Shown here in pieces: positions 12,930-26,734 of a stretch of DNA of 64,000 nucleotides; the stretch's first letter is position 1, and every line of letters begins with the position of its first letter. The DNA lies in the NCBI GenBank assembly GCA_964016885.1, contig OZ024743.1:89156001-89220000 (forward strand), written 5' to 3'. The stretch is from Eledone cirrhosa. Its lineage: Eukaryota. Position numbers and translations under genes: made by a program. The notes beneath the pieces were generated by a model. That model was not told the DNA's origin and searched no databases. It saw nothing but the letters and a program-made list of their open reading frames with translations.

Positions 12930-13045
12930 GTAAAAAAACGAAAAATCAGTGATGCATCTGGACTCAGTTTATTGCGTGTTACAATTGTTTCGCCGGCAGG
13001 TAGCTCGAAACATGATCACTGTATGGATCTGGCTGACTCTGTGTC
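12930..13045 (-). mobile_element. PLE-type terminal fragment (family shared with 42245-42350)
   Basis: About 110 bp is nearly identical to 42245-42350. The minus strand has a hammerhead-like GGC-GAAACAATTGTA-ACA. Confidence 0.55.
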
Positions 13046-13379
13046 TGCGCGTATGCGTGCGTGTGAGACCGGATGTAAGGGGCTGTTTAGGCAGGCGCCA
13101 ATAAGCATGTGGCGGTCGGTATGTGGATGTGGGTGTGCTTGGGTATGTGTAAGAGAGGGAGTGTGTGTGTGTGTATATATGTGCATGGGGTTATGTGTGT
13201 CTACACATGTATGCGTACATATGTGTATGCATGCATGTGTGTGTGCCTGCGCGTGTGTATGTATGTGTGTGTATATGTGGGTACATACTCGGGAGTATGA
13301 ACAGACGTGTTGAAACAGATATTGTTATCCTTTTGGAGGGTCATGCTGCCAATAAAAACACACGCACCTGTTGGGTTTC

Positions 13380-14450
13380 ACTTCAATTTATCATAAATTT
13401 CCGGTTGGTTGGTTGAATAACCAGAAGGTTCTTTCTATATTGTCAAAGCTCTTTAATAACATTCTGTGACCTCCTCAGTGACTACGTTTTTATTTGGTCT
13501 CTCCTTTCTTCTATCCTACACAATCTTGTTTTTGTGCTTAGATTGCGCACGCGTTACATCCGGATGTGTGTGTGTGTGTGTTTATTTATTTATGCGTTTA
13601 TTTACTTGTTACTAGTTGGTTGTTTGTTCTATCTGTGTGTGTCTGATTTGTTTTGTTAGTTTGGTTTTTCTGTATGTCTGTATGTCTTCATTTTGTCCTT
13701 AATTACTAGTTGTGTGTTGCTATTCCACTCATTTTTTCTGTTTAATTTTGGTTGAGGTTCGTTTATGTTTGTAGCCTCTGTGATTTGTCTGAGCATTGCA
13801 TCTTTTCTGTGTGTGGATATAATATTTATCTCCATGTTCTCCAATGTGTCCCTATGTTCTATTTTGACATGTTGGTAGAGTACTGATGAGTTTTTAACCA
13901 TCCTGTAGTTCTCGCCATTCTTTCTCCTATGATACGGGCTGTTTCCCCTATGTATGGTATATTCTTATTCCTACACTGTCCCTCAATACATCTTATGCTA
14001 TATACTACGTTCCTAGTTTTGCAGTTAGTTTGCGGGCTTAGCTTGCAGAATATGCATTTCCTATCAGCTCAGGAGGATCTTTGAAATGGGTATGTTTTAC
14101 TAATTAGTGTTTTTATGGGAATACCTTATCTTTCAGCTATCTTAATATTTAATTTGAGCTTGTCTAGGGCCCTTCTAAATCTGTAATCTAGTCCGCCTCT
14201 AGGGGTTGTATTGACAAACATTACACTCTGGTATTTATTGCTATCATACCATGAGTTTATTTTATTTGCCTTATTCCTAATCCTTTATATTCTGTTCCAA
14301 AATTTGTTCCTGTACATGGGGCAAGTCCCATTTACATCATTTTCTAGAATATTGAAGGCAATTTTGAAATTAACGTGCTATTCAGATAGCCAGACGGACC
14401 ACAATTTGGTGTAGATCTTTACTGGAAAGATAAGAGCAGTATGAAGAGGC
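13380..14450 (-). mobile_element. Penelope-like element remnant (GIY-YIG endonuclease end)
   Basis: Minus-strand translation across frameshifts gives CIFCKL..NCKTRNVVYSIRC..PYIGETAR, then SVLYQHVKIEH..MLRQITEA..KLNRKNEWN. Confidence 0.75.
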
Positions 14451-15679
14451 GTCTCATACAAAAAAAAAAAAAAATTAGAATACACACCAAACCCCCAATT
14501 TTATATATCAATGTCGGCTTGTCGCAAATAATTGGAATTGAAACGTTATACATACAGGTACTAAATTCAAAAAAATCTAACCACCTTCATTTTATGTCTA
14601 CTTTCCACACTGGCATGTGTTAGACAGGTTGTCTCAGTCCGAGACCAAACATTGGAGTGACGTGATCTTGTTCATACATTACATATTTAGCATGTTTCCT
14701 AACATAACCACTTTAGAGTGTTTACTGGGGGTATTGTTTTTTGCGACACCAGCACAACCATTTACACAGCAACATCAAATATCTTTTTTATTAGAATATT
14801 GTTCTGATAACAATCTGATGTCTCAAAAGTTGAGAAAATTTAATGAATTTTGCTACAGTAAGGACATGAAATACTTTTTGTTAAGAATATAGTTCTCGTC
14901 AAATGGATAAAACTAAAAAGCCCATCAGTGGGCATAAATAAATTGTTACGGCCGTCACTGGTGGTGCCCCCCCGCTGTGGATGGTCCGGGGCAATTGCCT
15001 CCTTTGCCCCCCCCCCCCCCCCATTTAATTCGGTCCTGCTGACACAGTGTGTATTTATTGATTAGATAGAAACATTGAACATGTTAACAAGACCGACGTA
15101 GTGTGAAGATACAAAATGCGATATAAATATTTATCACAATTAATTCTGTTGCTTATTTTATCAACCTCTGAGCCTGCTCTAAATGTATTGATAGAAACAG
15201 CTTCTTTCGTGTTTGTAACTTCCCAAATGTGAATAATTTCATCAAGAATACATTTTATCTGTTAGTAAACACGCTAACTTTTCACTAGAACATTAAAACA
15301 TTCTCATTAGTGTTCGTGTTATCACACAACCTAATAATTATATAACATATACATTCTAATTACTTCGATCGATAACTGTTTTTCAACCTCCCTGAATGTT
15401 AACTTAGATCTGGCAAATAACAAAGTATAAATTATAATCACTACCATTCTTCCTTTCTTCATTCAGTACCACTTCCACAGCTTCGTGCACGTCACACTTG
15501 TAAACTTTAATTAGATAACATTAAATTGCTTTTAACGGTGATTATTTAAACGTTCCATGGACCCCTGCTTGTGTAATTCTAAATCTAACTTTGTGCAGTT
15601 TGAAATCTAACTTTGTGCAGTCCTAAATCTAAGTCATGTAAGCGCATATAGTATTTGATTACGTTTAGTACCAAAGATG

Positions 15680-17045
15680 TAAACGCCAGGTCGCTCTCGA
15701 GCACTACTGATTACCATAAACAATGAGGAATACCATTGTTCTACTACTGGAGGAAGATCCAACACCAATTAATGACACGATCCTGACAATGAGACTACCA
15801 ATCCACAAAAATGTTTACGCAACAATTGTCAGTGTCTATGCGCCCACAATGACTAACCCTCAGGAAATGAAAGAAGAATTATAAGCTAAACTGGGAGAGG
15901 TTTTGTGCAAAGTTTCCTGCAAAGACAAGCTGATAAATGCAGGAGTTCTGAATGCAAGAGTAGGGAAAGATGCAGACCAATGGCTTTGTGTGACAGGCAA
16001 GCAGGGAGTAGGAAAGTGTACCTTAAACGGTTTTTTTCTTCTAGCCCTCTGCTCCGAGCTCAACCTGGTAATTACAAACACTGTCTTCAAACACAAAGAC
16101 CATCAGAATGATGCGTTGTATACAAGAGTCATGAGAGTTGCAGACTACTCTATTGACCACATAATCAGATTAAAGGTCACTTTTGCCACCAGGAAGCGAA
16201 GCATGAAGACAAAAGGCCGACCCCAAAATAAGCTAAACATTATGAAACTCAGAGACTTTAAAGTGAAACAGGAATTACAGGAATAGCTGGGTAAGGCTCT
16301 GGAAGGATGGGAAGATAAGGAAACAAAGGACTTGAAGAAAAATGTAACATCTTGAAATCAACTACATACGAGACAGCTTGACAAGTCTAAGGCAAACCTG
16401 TGATATATATCAAGATGGGTTCGACGACAATGGCCGCCGACTACAAACCCTGTTAGAGGAAATGGACGTTGAAGGGGTAAGGTAGCTAAATTACAAACAG
16501 AGAAGTGGTGGAAACAATAAGGAAACTGCAACAACATAGTAGGAAACTAAAATCAGAATGATTGGAGGCCAAAGCTGAAGAGCTACAGTATCATGCTGAT
16601 AAAAATGATATGAAAGCCTTTTACAGGCCACAGTGAAGAGGCAAAACAAAACTCAGCTTTTGGTGGTAAAACAGTACTCCAGGTAAAATCAGAGACCCTT
16701 GATAGAATTGCCAATCATTTTGACAGCCTGCTTAATATCCCAAGTGACGTGGATATACTGCCTTCGAGAATGTTACACAACAGCCAACCATCCGATTCTT
16801 ATATGACGAACATGTTTTCAAGGAATCCAATGATGCAATCGAACAAATGAAAGAAGATAAAGCACCTGACAGATGTGGAATAGCTGCTGACATCTGTAAA
16901 CGTGGAGGTGTGAAGCTTATTTGAAAGCCTGGATAGCATTGTGCTCCAGATCTGGAAGACAGAAGCAGTTCCACAAAACTGGAAAGGCGCAGGCAATGTT
17001 TCTGTCTTCAAAAATCGTTGTAGAATGGACTGTGGAAACTACTAC
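15680..17045 (+). mobile_element. Degenerate RTE/BovB-type LINE (APE endonuclease to start of RT)
   Basis: LTMRLPIHKNVYATIVSVYAPTM, GVLNARVG, LCSELNLVITNTVF and KAPDRCGIAADI, with many stops and frameshifts. Confidence 0.8.
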
Positions 17046-17289
17046 CAATAGCCTGAAAACGCTGAGGTTGTTATTGATCATTACCTCCTTACAGATAACT
17101 GCTGTTGTACACCAGGTCCGAACATAGAAGAGCCGAACCCCTACTGTCATAACCTTCATCTCTCTCGCCATCACCATCTCTCTCTATTATGAGCAAATGG
17201 GGTCCCACGTGCTGCGAAGATCTTGATGATGATGACGATGACGATAACGACGATGATGATGATGATAATTATAATGGAACCCTCTGTGA

Positions 17290-18360
17290 TCAGGGATCGT
17301 GAGACCGGCTGTGAGACGGTGGGACCGGCCGGGACTTAGCCCAGTAGACGTCCCTCCTCCTTCTCCTCCTGCTGACATCAAGTTCCCCCAAAGCATTTGG
17401 GATGCCATCTAGTGCAGCCTGGCCTTAGACAGGCTCACGCGCCAGCTCTACCAGCACCGCCTTGCCTCTTTTCGTGCGGTCTCCACACCCTCACAGTGGT
17501 GCCTGGCTCCATGCCTTACCCTCCTTCTCCACTGGTACGCAGCTGGATAACGATAGCCTGCGCATCGGCGTTTCCTTGAGGCTTGGCCCCCGGACTTGCC
17601 AGCCACACAAATGTCGCTGTGGATCCACCGTGGACTCTTTCGGCCTCCACCCGCTTTCCTGTCGCCACAGTGCCGGCCGCCTTCCACGCCATGCTGCCCG
17701 CAACGAGGCCATAAAGCATGGCTTGGACGCTGCAGGCTTCTCTTCCCAGCTCGAGCCGGTGGGGCTGGACCGAGGGGACGGCAAAAGGCCAGACGGCATG
17801 ACCATCTTCCCGTTCCGCGGTGGCAAACCCCTCGTCTGGGATGCCACTTGCAGCGACACATTCTCCAGCCGCAACCTGGTGCAGTCTGTAACTGACCCAG
17901 GTTCTGCTGCACGTCGGGTTGAGGAGGCCAAACTCTCCAAGTACCGGTCGCTCTCCGACAGGTTCGCGGTTGTTCCCTTGGCAGTGGAGACTTCTGGTGT
18001 CCTTGGCCCTAGGGCTACCTCCTTACTCACCACCATAGCCGCTGAGCTGGCTAGCCGCAGGTGTGAGCCTCGCCAGTTGGACTGGCTCTTCCGGCGTATC
18101 TCCCTTACCATCCTCCGGGGAAACGCCTTCTCCATTCTGTCCGCCAGGGCTGTGGGGAGGCCAGCACGTGGGACCCATTTGCTCACCATACGGAGCAATG
18201 GGGAGGGCGAGAGAGATGGAGGCGATGACAGTGGGAGTTCGGCTGTTCTTTCATGTTTACTTAGGTTACTATTTTCTATTATAACTTTGTATCACACACA
18301 CGTGTGTATTTTTATATATACACTCTCACACTACACACTCCCTAAAATTATAATGATGAT
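17290..18360 (+). mobile_element. CRE-like RLE non-LTR retrotransposon, 3' part
   Basis: LRIGVSLRLG..CRCG..GLHPLSC..RH..GKRPDG..LVWDATC..EEAKLSKY..PLAVETSGVLG. GC-rich and flanked by GAT/AAT repeats. Further 3' fragments lie at 17125-17215(-) and 19670-19860(+). Confidence 0.75.
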
Positions 18361-18379
18361 AATATAATTATGAGGATAA

Positions 18380-18572
18380 TAATTGTTTCTACTTTTGGCA
18401 CAAGACCAGCAATTATCCCAGTGCATTACTGGTACTTTATTTTATCAACCCCCGTAAGGATGGAAGGCAGGGTTAACCTCGGCAGAATTTGAACTCAGAA
18501 TAGCAAGAGCCGTAACTCTATGCATCAAAGCATGGCGTCCGACCCTCTACCGATACTGCCAATCCACCGCCC
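18380..18572 (-). mobile_element. SINE family A
   Basis: Reverse complement of the 927-1117 family. Confidence 0.85.
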
Positions 18573-18830
18573 CTTATGATGATAATAATGATGATGACGA
18601 CGATGATGATGATAATGGCGATGTTGACAATGATGATGGCGACCACGACAATGATAGTGATGTCGATGAGGTGTAGTAGAAGGGGAAGATGTCGCACATC
18701 TGGCAGCACTTAAACACAAGACACATTCTTTAAGTGAAGAATATAGCCGAGTTTAGTAAGTCTGTTTGAGTGTGAGTGATGACTCGAGTGTGTGAAATGG
18801 ACGGACGTTAGGTAAGTGTCGTAGATAGAA

Positions 18831-19668
18831 ATGGTGGTGGCGGCGGTGGTGGTGGTGGTGGTTGTGGTGGTGGTTGTGATGGTTGTGGTGGCGGTTGTGG
18901 TGATGGTGGCTGTGGTGGTGGCGGTGGTGGTGTGGTGGTGGTGGCTGTGGTGGTGGTTGTGGTGGTGGTGGTGGTGTGGTGGTTGTGGTGGTGGTTGTGG
19001 TGGTGGTGGTGGTGTGGTGGTTGTGGTGGTGGTTGTGGATGGTTGTGGTGGTGGTTGTGGTGGTGGTGGCTGTGGTGGTGGCGGTGGTGGTGTGGTGGTG
19101 GTGGCTGTGGTGGTGGTTGTGGTGGTGGTGTGGTGGTTGTGGATGGTTGTGGTGGTGGTTGTGGTGGTGGTGGCTGTGGTGGTGGCGGTGGTGGTGTGGT
19201 GGTTGTGGTGGTTGTGGTGGTGGTTGTGGTGGTGGTTGTGGTGGTGGTGGCTGTGGTGGTGGCGGTGGTGGTGGCTGTGGTGGTGGCGGTGGTGGTTGTG
19301 GTGGTGGTTGTGGTGGTGGTGGCTGTGGTGGTGGTGGTGGTGATGGTGGTTGTGGTGGTGGCGGTGGTGGTGTGGTGGTTGTGATGGTTGTGGCGGCGGC
19401 GGTGGTAGTGGTGGTGGTTGTGGCGGCGGCGGTAGTGGTGGTGATGGTGGTAGTGGTGGTGGTGGTGGTGATGGTGATAGTGGTTGTGTTGCTTGCGGCG
19501 GTGGCGGTAGCGGTGGTTGTAGCGGCAGTGGTTGTGGAGGTGGTGGTAGAAGTGGTAGTGGTGGCAGCAGTGGTGGCTGTGGTGGTGATGATGGTGATTG
19601 TGGTTGTGGTTGTGGTTGTGGTGGTGGTGGTGGTGGTGGTGATGGTAGCGGTGATGGTTATGGTGGTA
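18831..19668. repeat. (GGT)n-based array
   Basis: Read directly from the sequence. Confidence 0.95.
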
Positions 19669-20029
19669 ACAGTGGAGACTTCAGGACGTGTCCTCGGCCC
19701 TAGGACCACCTCCCTACTCACCATCATCAGCACAGTTGACTACCCGCAGGTGTGAGCCTCGTGAGCTGGAATGGCTTTCCAACGCGTCTCCCTCACCATC
19801 CTCCTCTATTCTGTCCGCCGGGATCGCGGGGCGGCCAGCGCATGGGTCCCCATTTGCTTATAATAGTGGTTTCATTTATTGGCCACAAGGGCCGACATAT
19901 AGGGGACAATACAGTAAACGGGGACAGTGGGAGTTTTACACACAAATCGAGTAAAAAATAGGAAATCAATAACAAGAAACAAGAAAAATACAACAATGAA
20001 AAGTCCCCAATAGTGAAATAATAGTGAAA

Positions 20030-20215
20030 TAATTGTTTCTACTTTTGGCACAAGGCCAGTAATTATCTCAGTGTATTACTGGTACTTTATTTTATCGACC
20101 CCGTAAGGATGAAAGGCAAAGTTAACCTCGGCGGGATTTGAACTCAGAATGGCAAGGGCCGTAACTCTATGCGTCAAAGCATGGCGTCCGACCCTCTACC
20201 GATACTGCCAATCCA
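20030..20215 (-). mobile_element. SINE family A
   Basis: Reverse complement of the 927-1117 family. Confidence 0.85.
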
Positions 20216-20537
20216 GTGAAATAATTGTGAAATATGTAAACAAAACGACAAAATCTGGTTAAAAAAAAATCAATGGAGACAACCTAAAAAAATCATCGAT
20301 CTCTTCTCACCCCGCGCTTATTCCAACCCCCGCATTATTGGGGACCGAAAGTACAAAGTCGGCATTCCTTGTTTACAAATGTTGCAATCGTTAACGAAGT
20401 TAGATTGTTCTGGAACTTTCTGCCCAGCCACAAAGTAGTTGAGAATGGCGACAACACATGTTCTCATATCTCAACATCACATTGCACCGTCTACAGAGAT
20501 TTAGTTCATAAAACCATTCTTTTCCTTCTTTGACGGC

Positions 20538-21553
20538 CAACACCACCGCCACCACCACCACCACCACCACCATCACTACCAACATCACCACCACCACCAC
20601 CACCATCACCACTACCACCACCATTTCCACCCCATCCCACCACCACCACCACCACCAACATCACCACCACCACCACCACCACCATCACCACCACCACCAT
20701 CACCACCACCACCATCACCACCACCATCATCACCACCACCACCATCACCACCACCACCACCACCATCACCACCACCACCCCATCCCACCACCACCACCAC
20801 CACCAACATCATCAACAACAACACCACCACCACCATCACCACCACCACCATCACCACCACCACCACCACCATCACCACCACCACCACCACCATCACCACC
20901 CCATCCCACCACCACCACCACCAACATCATCAACAACAACACCACCACCAACATCAACACCACCACCATCAACACCACCATCACCACCCCATCCCACCAC
21001 CACCACCATCACCACCAACATCACCACCACCATCACCACCACCACCACCATCACCACCACCATCACCACCCCATACCACCACCACCACCACCACCACCAA
21101 CATCATCAACAACAACACCACCACCAACATCAACACCACCACCATCACCACTACCACCACCACCACCACCAACACCACCACCAACAACACCACCACCACC
21201 ATCACCACCACCACCATCACCACCACCACCATCACCACCAACATCACCACCACCACCACCACCACCACCACCATCACCACCCCATCCCACCACCACCATC
21301 ACCACCCCATCCCACCACCACCACCACCACCACCAACATCACCACCACCACCACCACCACCACCACCACCATCACCACCATCACCACCAACATCACCACC
21401 ACCACCACCACCACCACCACCACCATCACCACCACCACCATCACCACCCCATCCCACCACCACCACCACCACCACCACCACCACCACCACCAACACCACC
21501 ACCACCATCACCACCACCACCATCACCACTACCACCACCACCACCAACACCAC
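20538..21553. repeat. (CCA)n-based array
   Basis: Read directly from the sequence. It ends about 40 nt before the tubulin exon acceptor. Confidence 0.95.
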
Positions 21554-21576
21554 TATATTTCTATCTTCTCACGTAA

Positions 21577-21825
<249 letters not shown>

Positions 21826-21864
21826 TGAAAATGGGTATAGCTTTCATTATGTAAAATCTCCCCA

Positions 21865-22085
21865 GGGCCGTGGATTGTCAGTATCGGTAGATAGTCGGAC
21901 ACCATGCTTTGCAGGATAGAGTTACGGTCCTTTACGGTCTGAGTTCAAATCCTGCCGAGGTTAACTTTACTTTTCATCCTTACGGGGTCGATAAAATAAA
22001 GTACCAGTCACGCACTGATGTCGATTTAATCGATTTCCCCTCCCCCCAAATTGCTGGCCTTGTGCCTATATAAGAAACCATTATT
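21865..22085 (+). mobile_element. SINE family A
   Basis: Same A/B boxes, central motif and tail as 927-1117. Confidence 0.85.
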
Positions 22086-22370
22086 AAGCAGGGCAGGTGC
22101 CTATATAAGAAATCATTATGTAAAATCTCCCCATTTTGCCTCATTTCTGACCATTTGGAGGCACTTTTTTTCATGGTACTCCCTGTTTGGGTTTTTAAAG
22201 GTTGACAGGTCTGTGACAGTTAAATAAAGACTGACCAAGTTGTGGCCCTTTACTTCACCTTTTTTTCTCTCTAATCACCATTTCTGTTGACAGCAGGAGA
22301 CGTAACGCCAATATTTTCCATCTATTCCCCTCTCCCTGTTCATTGTCATTAAATTCAATTCTCAGACAGA

Positions 22371-22735
22371 TACTCTCGGGTCCCAAATAATAGGGGGCGG
22401 TTGGAATAAGCGGGGGTAGGTGGACATTTGATTAAATTCTTATAAGCGGGTGTGGGGTGAGGAATAAACAGGGAGGAGAATTATATAGTGTACGTTAGTA
22501 AATATGGGATTTCTTATAATGTTCTTTTTTTTTGTCATATATAATATTTTTTTAATGTAAAATAAAATAATTATCAGATTCTCCAGCTGCTGTATCAATA
22601 TGAATCACTTACAATAACATTTCGCTGGTGATAAATTAATAAACGGCGGGTGGGTTTGAAATAAAAGCGGGGGGAAGGACCTGAAAAATAAATGGGGAAG
22701 GGGGGGGGGGGGGCATTATTGGATACCTGAGAGTA
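22371..22735. mobile_element. MITE, Tc1/mariner-pogo type
   Basis: TA|CTCTCGGGTCCCAAATAAT ... ATTATTGGATACCTGAGAG|TA: imperfect TIRs with a TA TSD. Related ends occur at about 20310-20353 and 26287-26370. Confidence 0.65.
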
Positions 22736-23350
22736 GTGGTGTGATAAGGTGTTTTTATTTTGTTTTATATAAGAAAGTCTTAGTGGTTATAACGTTGGGT
22801 TTGTAATCGAGAGGTTGTAATCAGCTGTAGAAATGAGTTGCGATGTCACTGGTGCCAAGCTGTATCGGCCATTGCCTTTCCCTTGGACATCATTGGTGGT
22901 GTGGAGAGAGGAAACTGGTATGTGTGGACGACTGCTGGTCTTCCGCAAACACACCTTGCCTGGAGTTGTATCTTGGAGGAGAGCTTTCTAGGTGCAAGTC
23001 CCATGGTCATTCGTGACCGAAGAGGATCTTTATATAAGAATAACAGCTTGAGTGTTGGAAAGGTAGGCGGGAGGGCTGTGTGGGAGAGTTTGTTGTTTAT
23101 ATGTGAGGTAAAATGTAAATGCACTTTTAAAATGTTGCATTAACCAACTGAAATATTTGATAAATACTGTACATAACTCTACCTATACAAGGATTATGGA
23201 TGTGTGGTCCTGTAACTCTTGGTGGAGTCGTAGGAGCACCGTGTTGACATATGGCATTTCTTGGACATTTTTTTAGCCCGGCGGAACCCATCTCTCTCCA
23301 GATCTGAATGCAGCAGATAGGAAGTCAGAGAGAGAGAGAGAGAGAGGGAA

Positions 23351-23401
<51 letters not shown>

Positions 23402-23419
23402 GTGTGAAAGAGATATAGA

Positions 23420-24160
23420 GAAAGAATCGACCCCAGTACTAAACTGGTACTTATTTTTATCGACCTCAAATGGATGAAAGGCAAAGTTGACCTCAGTGGG
23501 ATTTGAACTCAGAGAGCAGAGAGTCAGAACTAATGCCACAAAGCACTCTATCCAACGTGCTAACGACTTTGCCAATTCACTGCCTATATTCAAGGATTAA
23601 CCAAGCCTGAAAAATCAAGACGGAATGAGTCAACTTTAAAATATTAGATATTGTCTATATCCACAGTATATTTCTTCACCCAATTATTTATAAAACCTAT
23701 AATATTTTAAAAACAAAATTAGCATTTAGTTTTTCGCTCTCACATAGCGGATATGTAAATGCATTCGTGAGTTTTATATCGTATAATAATTGTTTCTACT
23801 TTTGGCACACGGCCACCAATTACCTAGTACATTACTGGTACTCTATTTTATCGACCCCGTAAGGATGAAAGGCAAAGTTAACCTCGGCGGGATTTGAGCT
23901 CAGATCATAAAGAGCCGTAACTCTATGATGCAAAGCATGGCGTCCGACCCTCTACCGATACTGCCAATCGGCGAGATATAATAATTGTTTCTACTTTTGG
24001 CACAAGGCCAGCAATTATCCAGTGCATTACTGGTACTGTATTTTATCGACCCCGTAAGGATGAAAGGCAAAGTTCACCTCGGCGGGATTTGAACTCAGAT
24101 CGTAAAAGGACGTAACTGTGCTGGAAAGCATGTCTGACCCTCTACCGATACTGCCAATTC
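23420..24160 (-). mobile_element. Three SINE family A copies (23420-23590, 23787-23970, 23980-24160)
   Basis: Reverse-complement matches to the family A copies. Confidence 0.85.
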
Positions 24161-24245
24161 AAATGATATTCGATTCGTTCGCAAGCAAACAGCCTCATAA
24201 CGCTATGTTTTTATTCTGTAAAAATCAAATGGAATTTGTATTTAA

Positions 24246-24395
<150 letters not shown>

Positions 24396-24419
24396 TAGTT
24401 ATTATGGTGTTGAACTTAC

Positions 24420-24760
24420 GATGATAATGTCGGTTAGAGCGTTGGGCTTGCAATCGTGAGGTTGTAAGTTCGCTTCTTGGACCGGGTGATGTGTTGTGTC
24501 CTTGAGCAAAACACTTTATTTCACGTTGCTCCAGTTTTCGTAGCTGGATCGGGTTGTGTGTTGAGTTCTTGAGAAACACACTTGATTTCACGTTGTTCCA
24601 GTACACTCAGCTGAAAACGAGTACCGGCAATAGCTAGAGGTTTAACCCTGTGATGGGTTAGCGTCTTGTCCAGGGGGAAGTCTTCTACTCCCAGTCGCTT
24701 AACACTAACACCGTGATAGGTACCAGCCTAATGAGCCTCCGGGCTTAAGACACACTTTAG
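24420..24760 (+). mobile_element. tRNA-derived SINE (family B)
   Basis: tRNA-like head GGTTAGAGCGTTGGGCTTGCAATCGTGAGGTTGTAAGTTCG, then GTGTCCTTGAGCAAAACACTTTATTTCACGTTGCTCCAG. An inverted copy lies at 63370-63505. Confidence 0.7.
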
Positions 24761-25324
24761 ACTTTTTTTAAAGTACATAACCCCGCTATATTATAATTGG
24801 AATGTCTATGTTTATCAACAGCTTAATGTCGATAATTCGTATTCTGTAACAAATTATCTTGTTAGTATGGAATGGAACCCCCATCGCTTTCGACGACGAG
24901 CGTAACAGTTATTCAATCATCAGAAGGGTCTGCTCGTAAAATTAACGTGTGAGTGGCTGAGCATTCCACAGACACTTGTAAACTTTATGTACACTTAACG
25001 TACTTTTCAGGGCGATTCAACATGAGAGTATGAGACAAGGCTGGCCGACGGGCTTCCAAATGGTTCCCGTCTAAACAACAAATGAATTGACTCGAAGCTA
25101 TGGTAAATGATATTTGCCCAAGATGCAGTGGGATCGAACCTCCGACCAAATCATTACGAAGCGAACTTCCTAACTATTCGGCCACCCTGCGTCCATTTGT
25201 TAGTATAGGAAGTGGATGGAATACAATTGGAACGTCAAGGGCATATCATATCCCGACTTGTCTTAACTTGTTATCCTAGCATGTCATAACATGCTCTGTT
25301 ATGTCGCGACTTGTCTTAACTAAT

Positions 25325-25450
25325 TCTGACATATCATAACATGTCTGAGCTTGTTCTGACATATCATAGCATGTCTGAGCTTGTTCTGACATATCATAGC
25401 ATGTCTGAGCTTGTTCTGACATATCATAGCATGTCTGAGCTTGTTCTGAC
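25325..25450. repeat. 30-bp tandem repeat, about 4 copies
   Basis: Unit TTCTGACATATCATAGCATGTCTGAGCTTG. Confidence 0.9.
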
Positions 25451-25572
25451 TTGCACTGATGTCTTATACAATGACGAAACTCTTGAGAAAGAAGGCATGA
25501 TATCAACAACATCGCATCACTTAAAACAGGATATTTTGTACGCAGCAAAATTATTCATTATTAAGCATTATT

Positions 25573-26195
25573 AGGGCGGGTGACTGGCAGTATCGGCAGA
25601 GCGTTGGAAAACATGCTTTGCAGTATAGAGTTACGGCCCTTTACGTTCTGAGTTCAAATCTCCCAGAGGTTAGCTTTACCTTTCATCCTTACAGGGTCGA
25701 TAAAATAAAGTACAAGTTACGCACTGGGGTCGATTTAATCGACTTTTCCCTCCCCCAAATTGCTGGCCTTGTGCCTAAATCAGAAACCATTATTAAGCAT
25801 TACTGAGGGCGGTGGATTGGTAGAATCGCTAGAGCGTCAGACAAAATACTTCGTTGTATTTTTACTATCTGAGTTCAAATCTCACTGGGGTCAACTTTGA
25901 TGTTCAACCATTCCAGATCGCAAAAATAAAGTACTGGGCTCGGTATAATCCACCTCCCCACTCCCCTCCCAAAAATTACTGGCATTGTGCCTAAATTAGA
26001 AATCATTGTGGATTGGCAGTATCGGTAGAGGGTTGGACGCCATGCTTTGCAGCAAAGAGCTACGGCCCTTTATGGTCTGAGTTCAAATCCCGTCGAGGTT
26101 AACTTTGCCTTTCATCCTTACGGGTTCAATAAAATAAAGTACCAGTAATACACTGAGATAATTGCTGGTCTTGTGCCAAAAGTAGAAGCAATTAT
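25573..26195 (+). mobile_element. Three tandem SINE family A copies
   Basis: Copies start at about 25573, 25806 and 26008. Confidence 0.85.
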
Positions 26196-26734
26196 TAAGC
26201 AATATTTATTTCCCTCTTCTACGTTCTGGGTTCAGATTTCAGTAGAGTTACTTTTCCTTTTCTTCCATCATGGTTTTTAAAATAAGTACTCTCGAGTCTC
26301 GAATAATCTCACCCCAGCCGTTTATTAATGTTTCAGATGTTTTCCAACCCACCGCTTATTAAATTTATAATCTATCTCCTGCGAAATTTTATTTTAAGTG
26401 ATAGCATTACCGTGACAATTAATTTTCTTTAGACCACAAAACATTATACATGACATGTGCCCCAGCATGGCCTCAGCCTCTCGGCTGGAACACGTACTAG
26501 AGTAATAGAAAAAAGAACATTACGAGAAATCCCGTATGTTATAAAATAAATAGGATGGCTTGTTGTCTCAATGTGTAAACTAAATGACTAATTCTGGGTT
26601 TTACAAAAACGGAGACAACCCAGAAATCAACGGAGAAAATTTGGGGGACGGATGAGGTCGATTTAATCAACCCCAGTACTTGACGCTCTATCGATACTAC
26701 CAATCCATCGCCATTAATAATAATAATAACAATA

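Noticed and set aside
18753-21576. Pro/His/Thr/Gly-rich ORFs resembling extensins or mucins
   Set aside because: They are translations of (GGT)n and (CCA)n microsatellites.
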